Positions 22,364 through 35,208 of a stretch of DNA of 40,984 nucleotides are shown one piece after another. Source of the stretch: Octopus bimaculoides (taxonomy: Eukaryota); the NCBI RefSeq assembly GCF_001194135.2, contig NC_068998.1:23190457-23231440 (forward strand), in the 5' to 3' direction. The position numbers and the translations under genes were made by a program. Within the stretch, counting starts at the first letter, position 1, and each line of letters opens with the position of its first letter. The notes beneath the pieces are model-generated. The model had not been told where the DNA came from and ran no database searches. It worked only from the letters and a program-made list of their open reading frames with translations.

Positions 22364-22939
22364 TATGTGTGTGTGTGTGTGCGTGTGCGTGTGTGTGTGG
22401 GTGCGTGTGTGTGTGTGTGTGTGTGTATGTGTCTGTGTGTGTAGTTATATGTTTATACACCAACACATACGCAGACACGCAGACACGCACACATAGACGC
22501 ACACGCATGTATACATACATATTTAACCATATATATTACCAGTGGATGGAACACTAAGGCTTATCATGTCATAAGTACAGTTGCCTCTGTAATTAAGTAA
22601 CATCCTTTATTGGGACAGTCTCTCAGATACTCACTGTATATAATAGAGAGTGATACTCTTTCCGACAGCATCAGAGAAATTCACATTAATTATCTTGCAT
22701 CACTTTAGTTTAAAGAACACTATGGTTTTATTTAAAATATATATAATGAGAGTGGAGACAGCAGTAATTGTCTCCTGTGAAAAATTAGGAAGATAAGAGA
22801 GTTTAGCTAAGAGACATACCTCAGAGTGTTCAGTATCATTTTGAGCAACTTAGACAAATACAGGTATATCAAATACCACACAGCCAGTGTCGGATTTACA
22901 AAGCTTAGTTGTGCATAAGCACAAGTCCCCGTTGACGTG

Positions 22940-23204
22940 GCGATACTTACATGGCATTATATATTCGTTCTTCACCCGTTTATCCAAATTCGTACGTTAT
23001 CTGATGTCCATTGTCCGGAAATCTTTCTTCGCGCATATGTGATCACTGCAGTGACTCTTTCCGTCCACGTGTGTCCCCCGGCTCCGTTTAATCCATTCTG
23101 TCCTTCTTTGTGGATGAGATTTGTGGTGCGTCGGTAGAGTGCTATTATATGCACGGGAATATAAGTATCATGTTATCGTAAACGAAAATATGAGATCCTC
23201 AGGC
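22940..23204 (-). mobile_element. Possible RTE-like LINE C-terminal fragment
   Basis: LRISY..LYRRTTNLIHK..GAGGHTWTERVTAV..RRKISGQWTSDNVR loosely matches the RTE C-terminal pattern WAGH..WTxRVT..R..G..W.D. Confidence 0.38.
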
Positions 23205-23242
23205 ATTAATATCGAAGTCAATCGGTCCAATTCAATGTATTT

Positions 23243-24023
23243 CCCATCGTAACTGTCGAGAAGCTTGGAATTGGTCATTCAACCATTTATCGACTCCTGC
23301 ATGCCATCGGGGAACTTCAGCAAATTTGGTCAATGGGTTTCTCACAAACCTTTCGAGTTTAATGGCGCACAGAGAGTGAATGTGTGCTTCTTTGCTGTCA
23401 TGTCTCACAGATGAATCTTTTTTGGGTCGAATAATGACTGATGACGAGACATGGGTTGTCTATAAATATGTCAAGCGCTGAAGACAGTGGTTAGGGAAAG
23501 GTTCTTTGGTTTCAAGACGAAAAGTGTTCTTCCCTCATGATAATGCTCGGCCACATACAGCAAGGATGAAATTCCAAAGGCTGGAGCAGTTGGAATGCCA
23601 AACGATGCCCCATCCACTATATCCGCCGGACATTATCCCATCTGATTATCATTTATTCTGCAGTCTTCAAAATCATTTTGATGGAAGTGCAATGTAGAAA
23701 CGCCCGAGGATATCATATTTTTCGTTATGATCACATGATATTTATATTCCGGTGTATATAATTACACTCTAACGACGTGCCACAAATCTCATCCGCATAG
23801 AAGGACAGAATTCGGTAGACTCGCTCAGAACAGTACCGGAGGGGTATTTTTCGTCACGAACAAGTAAAGTTTAGAAGAGGAGCCTTGCAAGTCTAGCATA
23901 TAGATGGAAGTGCATTGTAGAAAATGAAGGAGAGTATATTTTAGATTAAAAGAAGAACTTTGTTTATCTTAATTTTGAAAAAGAAAGTATAAAAAACTGC
24001 ATTCTTTTGGGGATGACCCAATA
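23243..24023 (+). mobile_element. Decayed mariner (DD34D-type) 3' two-thirds, with an internal deletion and an inserted segment
   Basis: PIVTVEKLGIGHSTIYRLLHAIG..GQWVSHK..IMTDDETWV..HDNARPHTA..HPLYPPDIIPSDYHLF..YFSSRTS..RWKCIVENEGEYILD*. 3' TIR ...CTGCATTCTTTTGGGGATGACCCAATA. Confidence 0.93.
23702..23811 (+). repeat. 110-bp inverted copy of 23095-23204 inside the mariner
   Basis: Manual alignment gives about 85% identity (about 14 substitutions, 2 indels). Confidence 0.9.
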
Positions 24024-24597
24024 CAACTGGAAAGAGAGGGGGCAGTTAGTCATGTAAAGTGTTAATACGGAATGTCTATTTATTTTAAAGTCTGTACAAT
24101 TTTCTTGTCAAATTCGTAGGAGGTGTATCTACATATACTTTTGTAAGATAAAGTGGGCTCAATGATTCACTCAGGTACATGCAATCAATGTTACACCACG
24201 ATTGCATATTAGCAATGAACCGGTATTATTTTCACTTAACATCTAATTATATCAGTTTTTCTTTGTGTTCCTTGCCCAACCGGATGCCACCTATAGCAAT
24301 ATAAACTACTATTCAAATCTATAAAGCCACATGTTTCTTTACGTTATTTAGACATTTAGGTGTTTGTTTAAGTGGACTAAGTGGCATAATATATTTTAAG
24401 TGGTTATTTCATGAATACTTTGAAATGTAAACCTTGAATCTTTCTTATCGCATTGCAACACCTCATCATACAATTATCGCTAGCTTATCAACAATTCAAA
24501 ACTATAAATCCACTAATAAATTTTCGTTTCTTCCCAGACTGTTTCGGAAAATGTTCGACTCAATCGTAATCACCGTGGTCAAGATTACACTTCCAGT

Positions 24598-25537
24598 ATA
24601 CCAAAAGTTACAAAGCTTTCCGAAATAGAGCAAGGAAAGATTCTTGCACTAAAAGCGGATGGAATGATCAGCCGAAATATTGCCGCGAAGATTCGGGGAA
24701 GCCAAACACTAGTGAAAAACAGTCTGAAAGATCTTGACAGCTACAACAGGGATGTCCCAAGGCTCTATCAGGAAGGGATGAAAGGGCCGTTGTCAGAGCT
24801 GTGAAGATGTTACGCTGCTCTTCTGCTTCCTAAATCAAGGTATCAGCAGGGGTAGGAACATCGACATCCACAGCAAGAAGAGTGATTTTGAACCATGGTT
24901 TCCACCTCAAGAAGTGGCTATGGCATCCGTTCTTTCCCCATCATGCGAAGCTGTTAGAATGGTGTTTGATCGGCAGTCTCAAATATGAGATGGTGAATGG
25001 ACCAGGGTTCTGTTCTCTGATGAAGAAAAATGGAACATGTATGTCCACGAAAGTTACATGTATTACTGGGTAGTTAAACATATACAAAATTCTAATGATT
25101 CCAAATGGCAGAACAGTGGATGAAGTGTTATGGTGCGGGGTGTAATATCTGCCAATGGGTAGCTACTCATTTTGACATGGTTGGCCGTTTCAATGCTGCA
25201 CGATACATCGTTATGTTGTAAGGAGCTTACATTGACGAAGAAGGAAAATACCCCATAGCAAAAACTTTGTATTTCAACTTTGGATCTCATCCATGCAATT
25301 GGTGTTGAAATTAAGCCATCAGGAGGTTCCGACCTTAATACTGTAGATAATTCCTGGGGATATCTCAGAAATGTTGTGCAAAGCAAAGGCAAGCAGTATT
25401 CATCTATTGATCAATTTGAAACGGCCATGAAGAAGCCCTGGGAAGAGCTTCCACTTGATTTCCTGCAGAAGTTGATTAGAACATGAAATCACGTCTTTCA
25501 AGTAATTCACAAAGGAGGTCAAACACACTATTGTTGA
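24598..25537 (+). pseudogene. Tc1/Tc3-like transposase pseudogene
   Basis: PKVTKLSEIEQGKILALKADG..LSGRDERAVVR..EWTRVLFSDEEKWN..SVMVRGVISANG..RFNAARYIVML..SDLNTVDNSWGYL..LIRT*NHVFQVIHKGGQTHY. Multiple stops and frameshifts; TIRs not identified. Confidence 0.9.
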
Positions 25538-26889
25538 TGTTTTGCATGAGAATATCATTGAAATACATCATAATGTCTCTGTTTTGCATCATTTTCGCTA
25601 CCATTATTCAGCATGGCGTTATAGTTTTCAACAGGATGTTTCTGGCTCTGTATGTTTTTTTTAAAATTATGATCGAATTTATTTTTGTATTTCAATAAAT
25701 TTAAATATTGTAATGCATTCCTGTATTTCGTTTCCTATCTAGAAGTGAGTTTCATGAGTTTGGTAGTATAGTTCGCAAGAACAAAATGACTGTGCTCTGG
25801 GTTTATTGTTTTAAAAAGCAGTTTATATCTAAATATATGTACATATTTAAAATGTAATTTTAAGCTCCATTGATCTAGGTGTGGGGAGTTAGTAAGCTTC
25901 GAGTAGTTTGTAATAGGTATGAAAACCAACTTTCAGCAAAAATAAGAGTTTATAGGAGCAGAGGGGTGGAGGTTTATCCCAAATCGATGTTCAATATGCT
26001 GGAAAAAGTCATTTTATAGTTCACGGTTAGCGTCTAGGTTTACAAATAAAAATCCAAATTGAGAGAGTGGAATAGGTAAAAATTTAGGCTAGCTAAGTCT
26101 CCTAACTAGTTGAAGCCCGGAAGTAATAACGCAACGAGTTCTCCAGTAACTGCTCATTAGGCCGAAGATAGCATAGTTAAAATAAGTTTACAATGCCGTC
26201 AAGGGTACCCGGGTTAATACGCAGGTGATATGACTTAAAGTGAGTGTTATTTTTTTGACTTGGTATTTCCGGGTTCACCACCCGTTTTACGTCACATCTC
26301 CTGAGTTTCCTTGTCGACAATACAACTATCATTTAACATAGCTATATTCGGCCGGAGGAGTAGAGGAGCCCTGGTTGAGTAATTACTTCCGAAGTTCTGC
26401 TACTTAGGAAATATGTAACAGGGATTTTACCTACTGCATGCCATTAGTTTAAATATACACACATACACGCACAGACACACACGCATAGACACACAGAGAA
26501 ACATATAAATATGTATATATGGTATATGTATGCATATATATATATATATATATATATATANNNNNNNNNNNNNNNNNNNNNNNNNNNNNNNNNNNNNNNN
26601 NNNNNNNNNNNNNNNNNNNNNNNNNNNNNNNNNNNNNNNNNNNNNNNNNNNNNNNNNNNNNNNNNNNNNNNNNNNNNNNNNNNNNNNNNNNNNNNNNNNN
26701 NNNNNNNNNNNNNNNNNNNNNNNNNNNNNNNNNNNNNNNNNNNNNNNNNNNNNNNNNNNNNNNNNNNNNNNNNNNNNNNNNNNNNNNNNNNNNNNNNNNN
26801 NNNNNNNNNNNNNNNNNNNNNNNNNNNNNNNNNNNNNNNNNNNNNNNNNNNNNNATATGTTTGCGTGTGTGTGTGTCTGTGTGTATGTT

Positions 26890-27158
26890 TGTATACACAT
26901 ACGTTTCTTCTTGTTTCAGTAATTTTACTGCGGCCATGGTTAAGCTCTACCTTTAGCGGATTTAGTCGAGCAAATCGACCCCAGGAAAGGCGACCCCTGT
27001 TGTACTCTTTCGCCCCAACTTTCTCTCACTCTTTTGTCCTGTTTCTTGAGTAAAGCTGCGATGGACTGGCGGGAGGGCACATACGCCATAGAAACCGGGA
27101 AAACGGGAAACAGGGCCCATGAGCCTGGCTTGGCTTTTAAAGGGCGCATAAAATAAAT
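26890..27158. mobile_element. Chimeric cluster of SINE fragments in both orientations
   Basis: CTTGTTTCAGTAATTTTACTGCGGCCATGG...GTCGAGCAAATCGACCCCAGG (SINE tail, minus) joined to ...GCTGCGATGGACTGGCG...GGGCCCATGAGCCTGGCT..AAAGGGCGCAT(AAAT) (another tail, plus). Family recognition is from memory. Confidence 0.55.
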
Positions 27159-27193
27159 ATATATATATTCACGCACACACAGACACACTCATA

Positions 27194-27500
27194 ATATGTG
27201 AAAATGACTTCACAAATTGCTATCCTAATCCCATACCTTCCTTCCGACACAGGGACGAAATTCAAGCTCTTAAGTTGGCTAGGAACTTATAGGCTTTGAA
27301 GTCCAACTCTACAATACATGCAATAACGTAGAAAATAGTCGAAAACACCGCGGATCACAGGAATGCAAGCTATGCATAACTGAACGATATCAGATCCTTT
27401 TCAAATCTCACAACTCTAATACACTACTGAAATCTTGATGAACAATTTTCAGTGTTTGTAATCATATCGCAGCATTCTTTTTGACGAATTGGAAAGCCGT
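27194..27500 (+). mobile_element. Penelope-like element fragment (GIY-YIG endonuclease C-terminal half)
   Basis: ICENDFTNCYPNPIPSFRH..KLARNL*ALKSNSTIHAIT*KIVENT / ECKLCITERYQILFK..TLLKS**TIFSVCNH..FFLTNWK matches the PLE pattern EFKxRYxxHxxSFRH..LSKYIWxLK..WKI..CxLCLxEKxxIL..LN.R.EIFSxCRH. Confidence 0.8.
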
Positions 27501-27961
27501 GCTGCAGATTTGAAGCCACTATCTTTTCTGCATTATATTTTACGGTTTAAGAGGACGTAACTCTCATTTCCGCCTTTTACTTCTTTCTCTTTCCTTCTTG
27601 TTTTCCAGTTTTCAAACTTCCACATATTTCATCTACTACTTTCTCGCCATTTCTCGTTTTTTCTCTCATTCTATCGTCCTAACACAACTTCTTATGTCAT
27701 GTGGGCAGTGCATGAATATTGGGCTGGGACATCAGATGTATTAAAAAATACTGTCTGGAGTGCTTTCATCACATGAAACTACCAGTAGGACAAAAACATA
27801 CATTGTGTTCATTAAATAATAGTTATATATCGCCAGATGGAGTACTTTATTGTTGATCTTAACATCACGGAACAGTACATTTTGTACGTGAGTGTGTGCA
27901 TTTGTGTATACACATATATGAGTGTGTGTGTGTGTGTGCGTATGGGTGTGTATGTATATGT

Positions 27962-28025
27962 ACACGATGGTCTTCTTTCAGTGTCCATCTAAGAAATCCA
28001 CTCACAGGCCTTTGGTCAGCCCGAG
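27962..28025 (-). mobile_element. Short SINE fragment adjoining a (TG)n tract
   Basis: ACGATGGTCTTCTTTCAGTGTCCATCTAAGAAATCCACTCACAGGCCTTTGGTCAGCCCGAG resembles a common octopus SINE segment (from memory). Confidence 0.55.
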
Positions 28026-29239
28026 TGGGAGACATCTCGAAAATTTACATTTAAATATACAGAATCGTAGCTAGGTGTATAATGTTCCACGACAACTGAT
28101 AAATGTTTTGGCTTTTAAACTTAGACCTGATATGTGACGTAATTATTACGTCGTTATTATCTTTTACAGGTCAATGTTTTGTATATTAATCACATCTACC
28201 CTTCATTGCGATATGACTTCTGCGTCTACAGAAATCTATCACATGTGAATGATCTTGTAAATAGATGTCAGTCTAAAAATTGAGAGAGCAAAACAGAGAG
28301 AGTGAGCAGAAGGCAGATAAAGATAGTGAGAGAAAGCGAAAAATAGATAAAGAGATGGATATTCATGGAGAGTTACAGAGTGGTACTTGTCCGATCAATA
28401 TAGCAGTTTTAAAAAGCACACCAATGTGCAAAACCATATATATATAAATATATATATATATATAGTGTAATCTATCTGGTGAGAGATACATGTTATTTAA
28501 TAAACATAATATATATTGTTGTGTGCCACAACTTCTTTCATGTGGTGACAGCATTCCAAACAGTATTTTCTAACACGTCTGGTGTCTCAGCTCATTCTTC
28601 AGGCACTGCCCACATGGTATAACAAGCTAATAAAAGGATAACCTATCGAGAGAAAAGGCGTGAAATAGCAAGAAAGAAATATATATAAAAAGGCTGCAAA
28701 ACCGGCCGGGAAACAGAAAAGTAAACTTAAAGAAACAAATCTGGGTAGGTACTAGATTTATTTCCTGTTTGACCGCAAAATACAAGGCTGAAAAGGTGGT
28801 CGCTTATAGTTTGTGGAACAGTCGTTCAAAACGAAGAGGGTGGCACATTCCAGTTTGTCAGCAGGAAATTATCCATATGCTTACAACTGCCGAAAGGTTT
28901 GGATTGAACATCTCTACCACAGACTCTGCGCCACTATGTTTTTCAAACTTATATTTTAATGTGAAAGGGAAAATAACTCTCTCCCGCAACTTTTTGTTTC
29001 TTTTTGTTTTCTTTCTTGTTTTCACGTGTTTCAACCTTACTCCTTTTACATTTATTTCTTTCTTGCCTTTTCTCGCTTTTCCTTTCATCTTGTCGTCCCA
29101 TTTTGAATTTGTTATATCATGTTGGCAGTGCCTGATGATCGTGCTTCGATACCAGACGTGTTCAAAAATATTGTTAGGCTAACTTGCTTCACATAGAAAT
29201 AATAGTAGCTCTTAAACCATATATTTTGTTTATTACATG

Positions 29240-29500
29240 ATATATATATATATGTGTGAGTGTATATGTGAGTATGTTTGTATATATGTATGTATGCATG
29301 TATATCTATGTATGGGTTCATGTGTATATATGTATGTGTATATATGCATTTATATAGAAATATATATAAATATACATACACACATGCATATACATAATAT
29401 ATGTGTGTGCATGCGCGCGTTTGTGTATGCGCGCGTGTGTGTATGTAGACACACACACACTGACACACACACACTGACACACACACACACACACACATTA
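29240..29500. repeat. Compound (TA)/(TG)/(CA) microsatellite field
   Basis: Direct reading. Confidence 0.93.
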
Positions 29501-32500
29501 TATAAAGACGAAGCACATTCACGGTAAAACTAATCGACAGAACACCTTGCTTTACGCTTGGATAGTTTTTTTAAGAATGAATTAAATTCAAACGTCAGGC
29601 TAAAAACACAAGTGACAATTAAAGATCACTTTAAAATTTCGCCTTAATCCGATTATTAAAATAGCAAGATTGATTAGTCAATTTAATATGATGGATGTTT
29701 GTGTCTTGTATTAGCAGCTATTTACATCAAACCAAGGCAACATATGAACATGAATGTATAACGCAATATTGTAATCGGATGTAAACATCTCCAGAATTAT
29801 GTTAAACGCAATATTTTATTCTGAATATTTGTTTTTCATTCTTCGTTTTTATGATAATACTTATTCCATTTCGGTTTGCTGAGCTTCCTCTTACTTCCAA
29901 ATCAAACGGATTACAGAACAACAGGGTATGTTTTCTGTTTTCTATCCGAGTTTCATTCAGTTTCGAAGAAATCGACTGTGGACACAACTGGATAAATATA
30001 GGCACCATTCTCAATTAAATGTGCGCACATACAACCTTCACCAAGATGCAAGGGTCATTGTTAGAGCATGCTAAAAACAACGAGCACAGACACAAAGACA
30101 TGCCTACATGTATATGTGCATGTGCGTTTGCCGGCGAATGCACACGGACTCACTTACGCACACGCACACACACACACACACACACACAGAGGTTGCATAT
30201 ACACGTAGAATAAAATGAAATATGAACAGACATTTTTTTAACGGTTTGATAGCATTTAAACATTATTAACATGAGTATAAATGTAACTTACCACAAAAAA
30301 TAGGGAAAACAAAGTAAAATCTCTTCACAAAATTTAGATATACCCAGAGTTATTTATCTTGCATCGCAGATAAAAGTGAGTGTATCGACGCAACCCTTGG
30401 CAGTTGTTTCTCAGACTCAGCTATCTGAAGTGTAATGGTGGGCATTGTGTATACATATACATCTAATAAATTGTGTTAACGAATGTATGTGAAATAAGTG
30501 AAATTTTGGCAAGAATAAGCATGCGGCTGAAAATAAAAGGACTGGGTTCGATCCATTTGTCTACAATTCTTCATGGGTGAAGTATAATGACTGAAACAGA
30601 TAAAGTCAATATATATATATATANNNNNNNNNNNNNNNNNNNNNNNNNNNNNNNNNNNNNNNNNNNNNNNNNNNNNNNNNNNNNNNNNNNNNNNNNNNNN
30701 NNNNNNNNNNNNNNNNNNNNNNNNNNNNNNNNNNNNNNNNNNNNNNNNNNNNNNNNNNNNNNNNNNNNNNNNNNNNNNNNNNNNNNNNNNNNNNNNNNNN
30801 NNNNNNNNNNNNNNNNNNNNNNNNNNNNNNNNNNNNNNNNNNNNNNNNNNNNNNNNNNNNNNNNNNNNNNNNNNNNNNNNNNNNNNNNNNNNNNNNNNNN
30901 NNNNNNNNNNNNNNNNNNNNNNNNNNNNNNNNNNNNNNNNNNNNNNNNNNNNNNNNNNNNNNNNNNNNNNNNNNNNNNNNNNNNNNNNNNNNNNNNNNNN
31001 NNNNNNNNNNNNNNNNNNNNNNNNNNNNNNNNNNNNNNNNNNNNNNNNNNNNNNNNNNNNNNNNNNNNNNNNNNNNNNNNNNNNNNNNNNNNNNNNNNNN
31101 NNNNNNNNNNNNNNNNNNNNNNNNNNNNNNNNNNNNNNNNNNNNNNNNNNNNNNNNNNNNNNNNNNNNNNNNNNNNNNNNNNNNNNNNNNNNNNNNNNNN
31201 NNNNNNNNNNNNNNNNNNNNNNNNNNNNNNNNNNNNNNNNNNNNNNNNNNNNNNNNNNNNNNNNNNNNNNNNNNNNNNNNNNNNNNNNNNNNNNNNNNNN
31301 NNNNNNNNNNNNNNNNNNNNNNNNNNNNNNNNNNNNNNNNNNNNNNNNNNNNNNNNNNNNNNNTATATATATATGTATGTATGTATATATGCGTGTGTAT
31401 TTGTGTGAGTGTGTATATATTTTTTATATATATATCATGTGTATTGAAGTAACTCTGGGATAATTATTCAAAAGTTCTATTAGAACACAAAAAGAAAGTT
31501 TTCCTATATAAATAATTCAGACACCATGCGACAAGAAACCCTTATTATTTACAACTAGAAAATATGATAATGTGAGATTGTGACATTGACTAAATTTTCC
31601 CATTTACATTGCATTACAAAACATTGTAGTCAACTAGTTTTGCCTGGCCAGTATGAAAGACTTGTTAGAATAATCAATTGCTTTAAGATTTGAGTTCCTA
31701 TGCACATGTCAAATGCTTAAAACGCATTATGTACAAGTGACTTTGCATTTTTGTATCAATATATTGATATATTTTCCTCGGATTGTCGTTGAAATTATTT
31801 TCATCAATGCCAACAATTCCTGTCTGTATGAACCTTTTGTCAATGTCTTTTAAAATGCATTACAATTGGTTGCTAGTTGAACCTGTTTTGAGATCAGATT
31901 CACTAGAAATACAGTAATGTTGGTTAAATGCAATAAACGTGTAAATGTGTGTCACTCGAGGAAGGTGTTAGTATGCATGAGGATGCTATGCATGCTTAAA
32001 GGCACTTGGCAGGCTGGGTAAAAATTACATATTAGTGACAGAGACTGTATTATTTCAAATAGCATTCTCTATGTTTTACTTAATGTAGATATACTGTTGA
32101 ATGCAAAACAACGTAGTATTCATTGCTCATACAGGAGTATAGTACTAGAAATGGAAGTCACCTAGATGAAACGTGTCGAAAAAGTGCCGAAAGTGAGCGG
32201 AAAATGTCAGTTGCAGTGGAATCGCTAAATCTACAAATGTGTTTATTCGAGCGTATTTAGTTGCAATTATTCAATACCGATTGCATACTCGGACAGACAG
32301 GCAAACATACACGTACACACACACTTACATACAAATACATACGAACACTAATTACTTATTCATATATGTATGTATTTATGTATATGTGTGGAAGTGTGCA
32401 TGCATTAATGATCGTGTATGCACGTTTTTAAAGTATTTCACGTTTAATTTTTTTTTATTTTAAATTTTCAAATATTAAAAAAATGTGTTATTCTATTTCA

Positions 32501-33782
32501 TTTATTCATTTGTTTTATTTATTTTCATTAACATTGTGCTATTGCCTTCTTATGTATGTTTTATATTTCTTTAAATTCTTTTGATTTAAAAAAAAATTAC
32601 TTTAATTTCAATTAGTTTTACATTTGAATCATCTATTTATTTTATATTTCCTTTTTTATAATTCTTTTAATTTAATTTAATCTAAATTTATATTCGACCT
32701 TCAATTTTATTTTGACTTCAAATAACTCGAATTCATTTTATTCTAAACACACATTTCTTCCACTATAATTTATATCCAAACACACCAAAGCTTCCTCAAA
32801 TTTCCCATCATAATATAGTTATTTCTGATCTTAAAATTTCTTATACAATTCCCCCATTATGACAAAATATCAATGATTTAAGTTGACCAGATTTATAAGT
32901 GGCCGATATAAAATTTCAGAACAATATTTTTAGAGTATCTGTCCTGAAAACAATGCAAATATTTTCATGTGTGACAACCCAATTACAAACATTTTTTTTA
33001 TGACTGTTCGTTCCTTGATGCCAGCTATCCGCAGCCCTTTTTTCTGTCCAATACCTACCTTTGTCCATTCCTTCCCCTCTTCCTGTCTTTTCTTATCTTC
33101 CCTATAATCATTTTCTTCCAAATCGTCGTCTCTCTCGCCTTTTCCTCTTTCTCTCTCTCTTCCACTTAGATTATTCTGATTCTTATTGCCTATCTTCACC
33201 TCCCCCATGCCCGCACCGTATCTTCAGTGTTCTCCTTTGTTATAACCAGAAATGAATTTGACGGAAGAAGCATAAAGTGTTTAGGTCGTTCAATTTTTAT
33301 CAACTGAGCAATCGACCGGTCAAGTAAACCTTTCAATAACGAACGTGTCGGGAAACAGCTGTAAGTCAAATTTACTACAATAAAAAAAATGCATGAAGGG
33401 CATTCTTTATACTATATCTTGTATGTTAATATATTTAAAAAACAACAATATAAATGGAACACAACCATGGTTTTACAGTATAGAATGGTGATGAATTATA
33501 ACCACTGATTCTGCCACTAAAATATATAGAGTTCTTTAGTAATCGACACAATATTGTTGCTCTGGTTATTGTCAGGGAGCTTTTAAAGTATTTTCCTAGG
33601 TTGATGATCCTNNNNNNNNNNNNNNNNNNNNNNNNNNNNNNNNNNNNNNNNNNNNNNNNNNNNNNNNNNNNNNNNNNNNNNNNNNNNNNNNNNNNNNNNN
33701 NNNNNNNNNNNNNNNNNNNNNNNNNNNNNNNNNNNNNNNNNNNNNNNNNNNNNNNNNNNNNNNNNNNNNNNNNNNNNNNNNN

Positions 33783-33856
<74 letters not shown>

Positions 33857-34806
33857 TGAAAGTGTTTGCTCACATTAAAGACTTGGTTGAAACAAAGACA
33901 TTGTCTGAAACATGTTATTTTTTCTTTTACCTTCTTTCTTTTTACACTTTCGAAATGATGTTGATATATTCTAAAATCTCTTTGACTTTCATATTTTTGT
34001 AATGATGAGCTTATGTCTTTGTGATAGAAAATTAGTCAGTATATATCTACTACACATGATTGTATTATGGGAATAATTTATTTCTATTCAGTAGAATTGT
34101 GACTTTTCGTTTTTTCTTTGTTTCATCTTGTAGCCCCACCGAAATATATACGGCATTAATTTAATGATCTTAACTTTCGACATATTACATTACGCATCAA
34201 AATGTTTGCAATAAATTCTTGCCTTTACGACAATTGATATCATAAGTAGCTTGCGTTCATAATGCTTAAAATCTGAATTCAATTCATTGCTTTTAAGTTA
34301 TAAAGGAGACAGGAACCCCATGATCGCCATTAACGCACGTTTTGAATGATTTCGATATTTTTATGTAATTTAAGACATATAATAATTCATCCAAATTTCT
34401 GCTTCCGTAATAAAAGTTTTGATATATATATATATATATATTTAATGTTAACATATCTCGAGTAGCATTATATTCAAATAAACATATCAAATAAAGTGGC
34501 ATTCAAATAAAAATATAAACAGACAAAATAGATTTCAGAAATAATACAAATGATTAAATCCACATCAAAAGGAAGAGGTTCATAAACATCATATTGTTAA
34601 ATAATATTTAAATCAAAAGTGAGCATGCATGCATATGCAACCAAGCTCGGACATACATTTACAAGCTCTCACTCACAAACAGATAGCAACTATTATGCGT
34701 GAGTTGTGTATACGTGTAAATGCATATGTATGCTTGAACACATGCATGAGCCTCCAAGAAACGTATATATTATATATGCTATATTATATGTATGCATGTA
34801 AGAAAA

Positions 34807-34863
<57 letters not shown>

Positions 34864-35174
34864 GCGTGAATATGTTTGTGTNNNNNNNNNNNNNNNNNNN
34901 NNNNNNNNNNNNNNNNNNNNNNNNNNNNNNNNNNNNNNNNNNNNNNNNNNNNNNNNNNNNNNNNNNNNNNNNNNNNNNNNNNNNNNNNNNNNNNNNNNNN
35001 NNNNNNNNNNNNNNNNNNNNNNNNNNNNNNNNNNNNNNNNNNNNNNNNNNNNNNNNNNNNNNNNNNNNNNNNNNNNNNNNNNNNNNNNNNNNNNNNNNNN
35101 NNNNNNNNNNNNNNATATATACTTACATAAGTATATATTTTCATATATGTATATATGTGTGTGTGTGTCTGTGT

Positions 35175-35208
<34 letters not shown>

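Larger units (their letters stand above)
1571..35114. other. Nine assembly gaps (range covers first to last): 1571-2017, 2783-3209, 5880-6531, 8918-8927, 18828-18895, 26561-26854, 30624-31363, 33612-33782, 34882-35114
   Basis: N runs. ORFs containing X are artefacts. Confidence 0.99.

Noticed and set aside
22985-23140. THAP-like reading RRTEWIK...CSDHI...DF on the minus strand
   Set aside because: It lacks the N-terminal CxxxxC and the FP motif; another frame fits an RTE C-terminus better.
26100-26440. GC-richer patch with CCGGAAGT (ETS), TTACGTCA (CRE-like) and PKFCYLGNM (RT-like)
   Set aside because: The promoter and LINE readings conflict, and each rests on 9 residues/bases or fewer.
27730-27775. 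CAGATG...AAAAATACTGTCTGGA downstream of the Penelope fragment as a decayed hammerhead
   Set aside because: The catalytic core is absent.
28769-29182. 137-aa plus-strand ORF
   Set aside because: The second half is a T-rich low-complexity tract, the start is non-ATG and there is no recognisable domain.
33340-33370. GAAACAGCTGTAAG resembling a palindromic hammerhead stem III
   Set aside because: No CTGANGA or stem I upstream.
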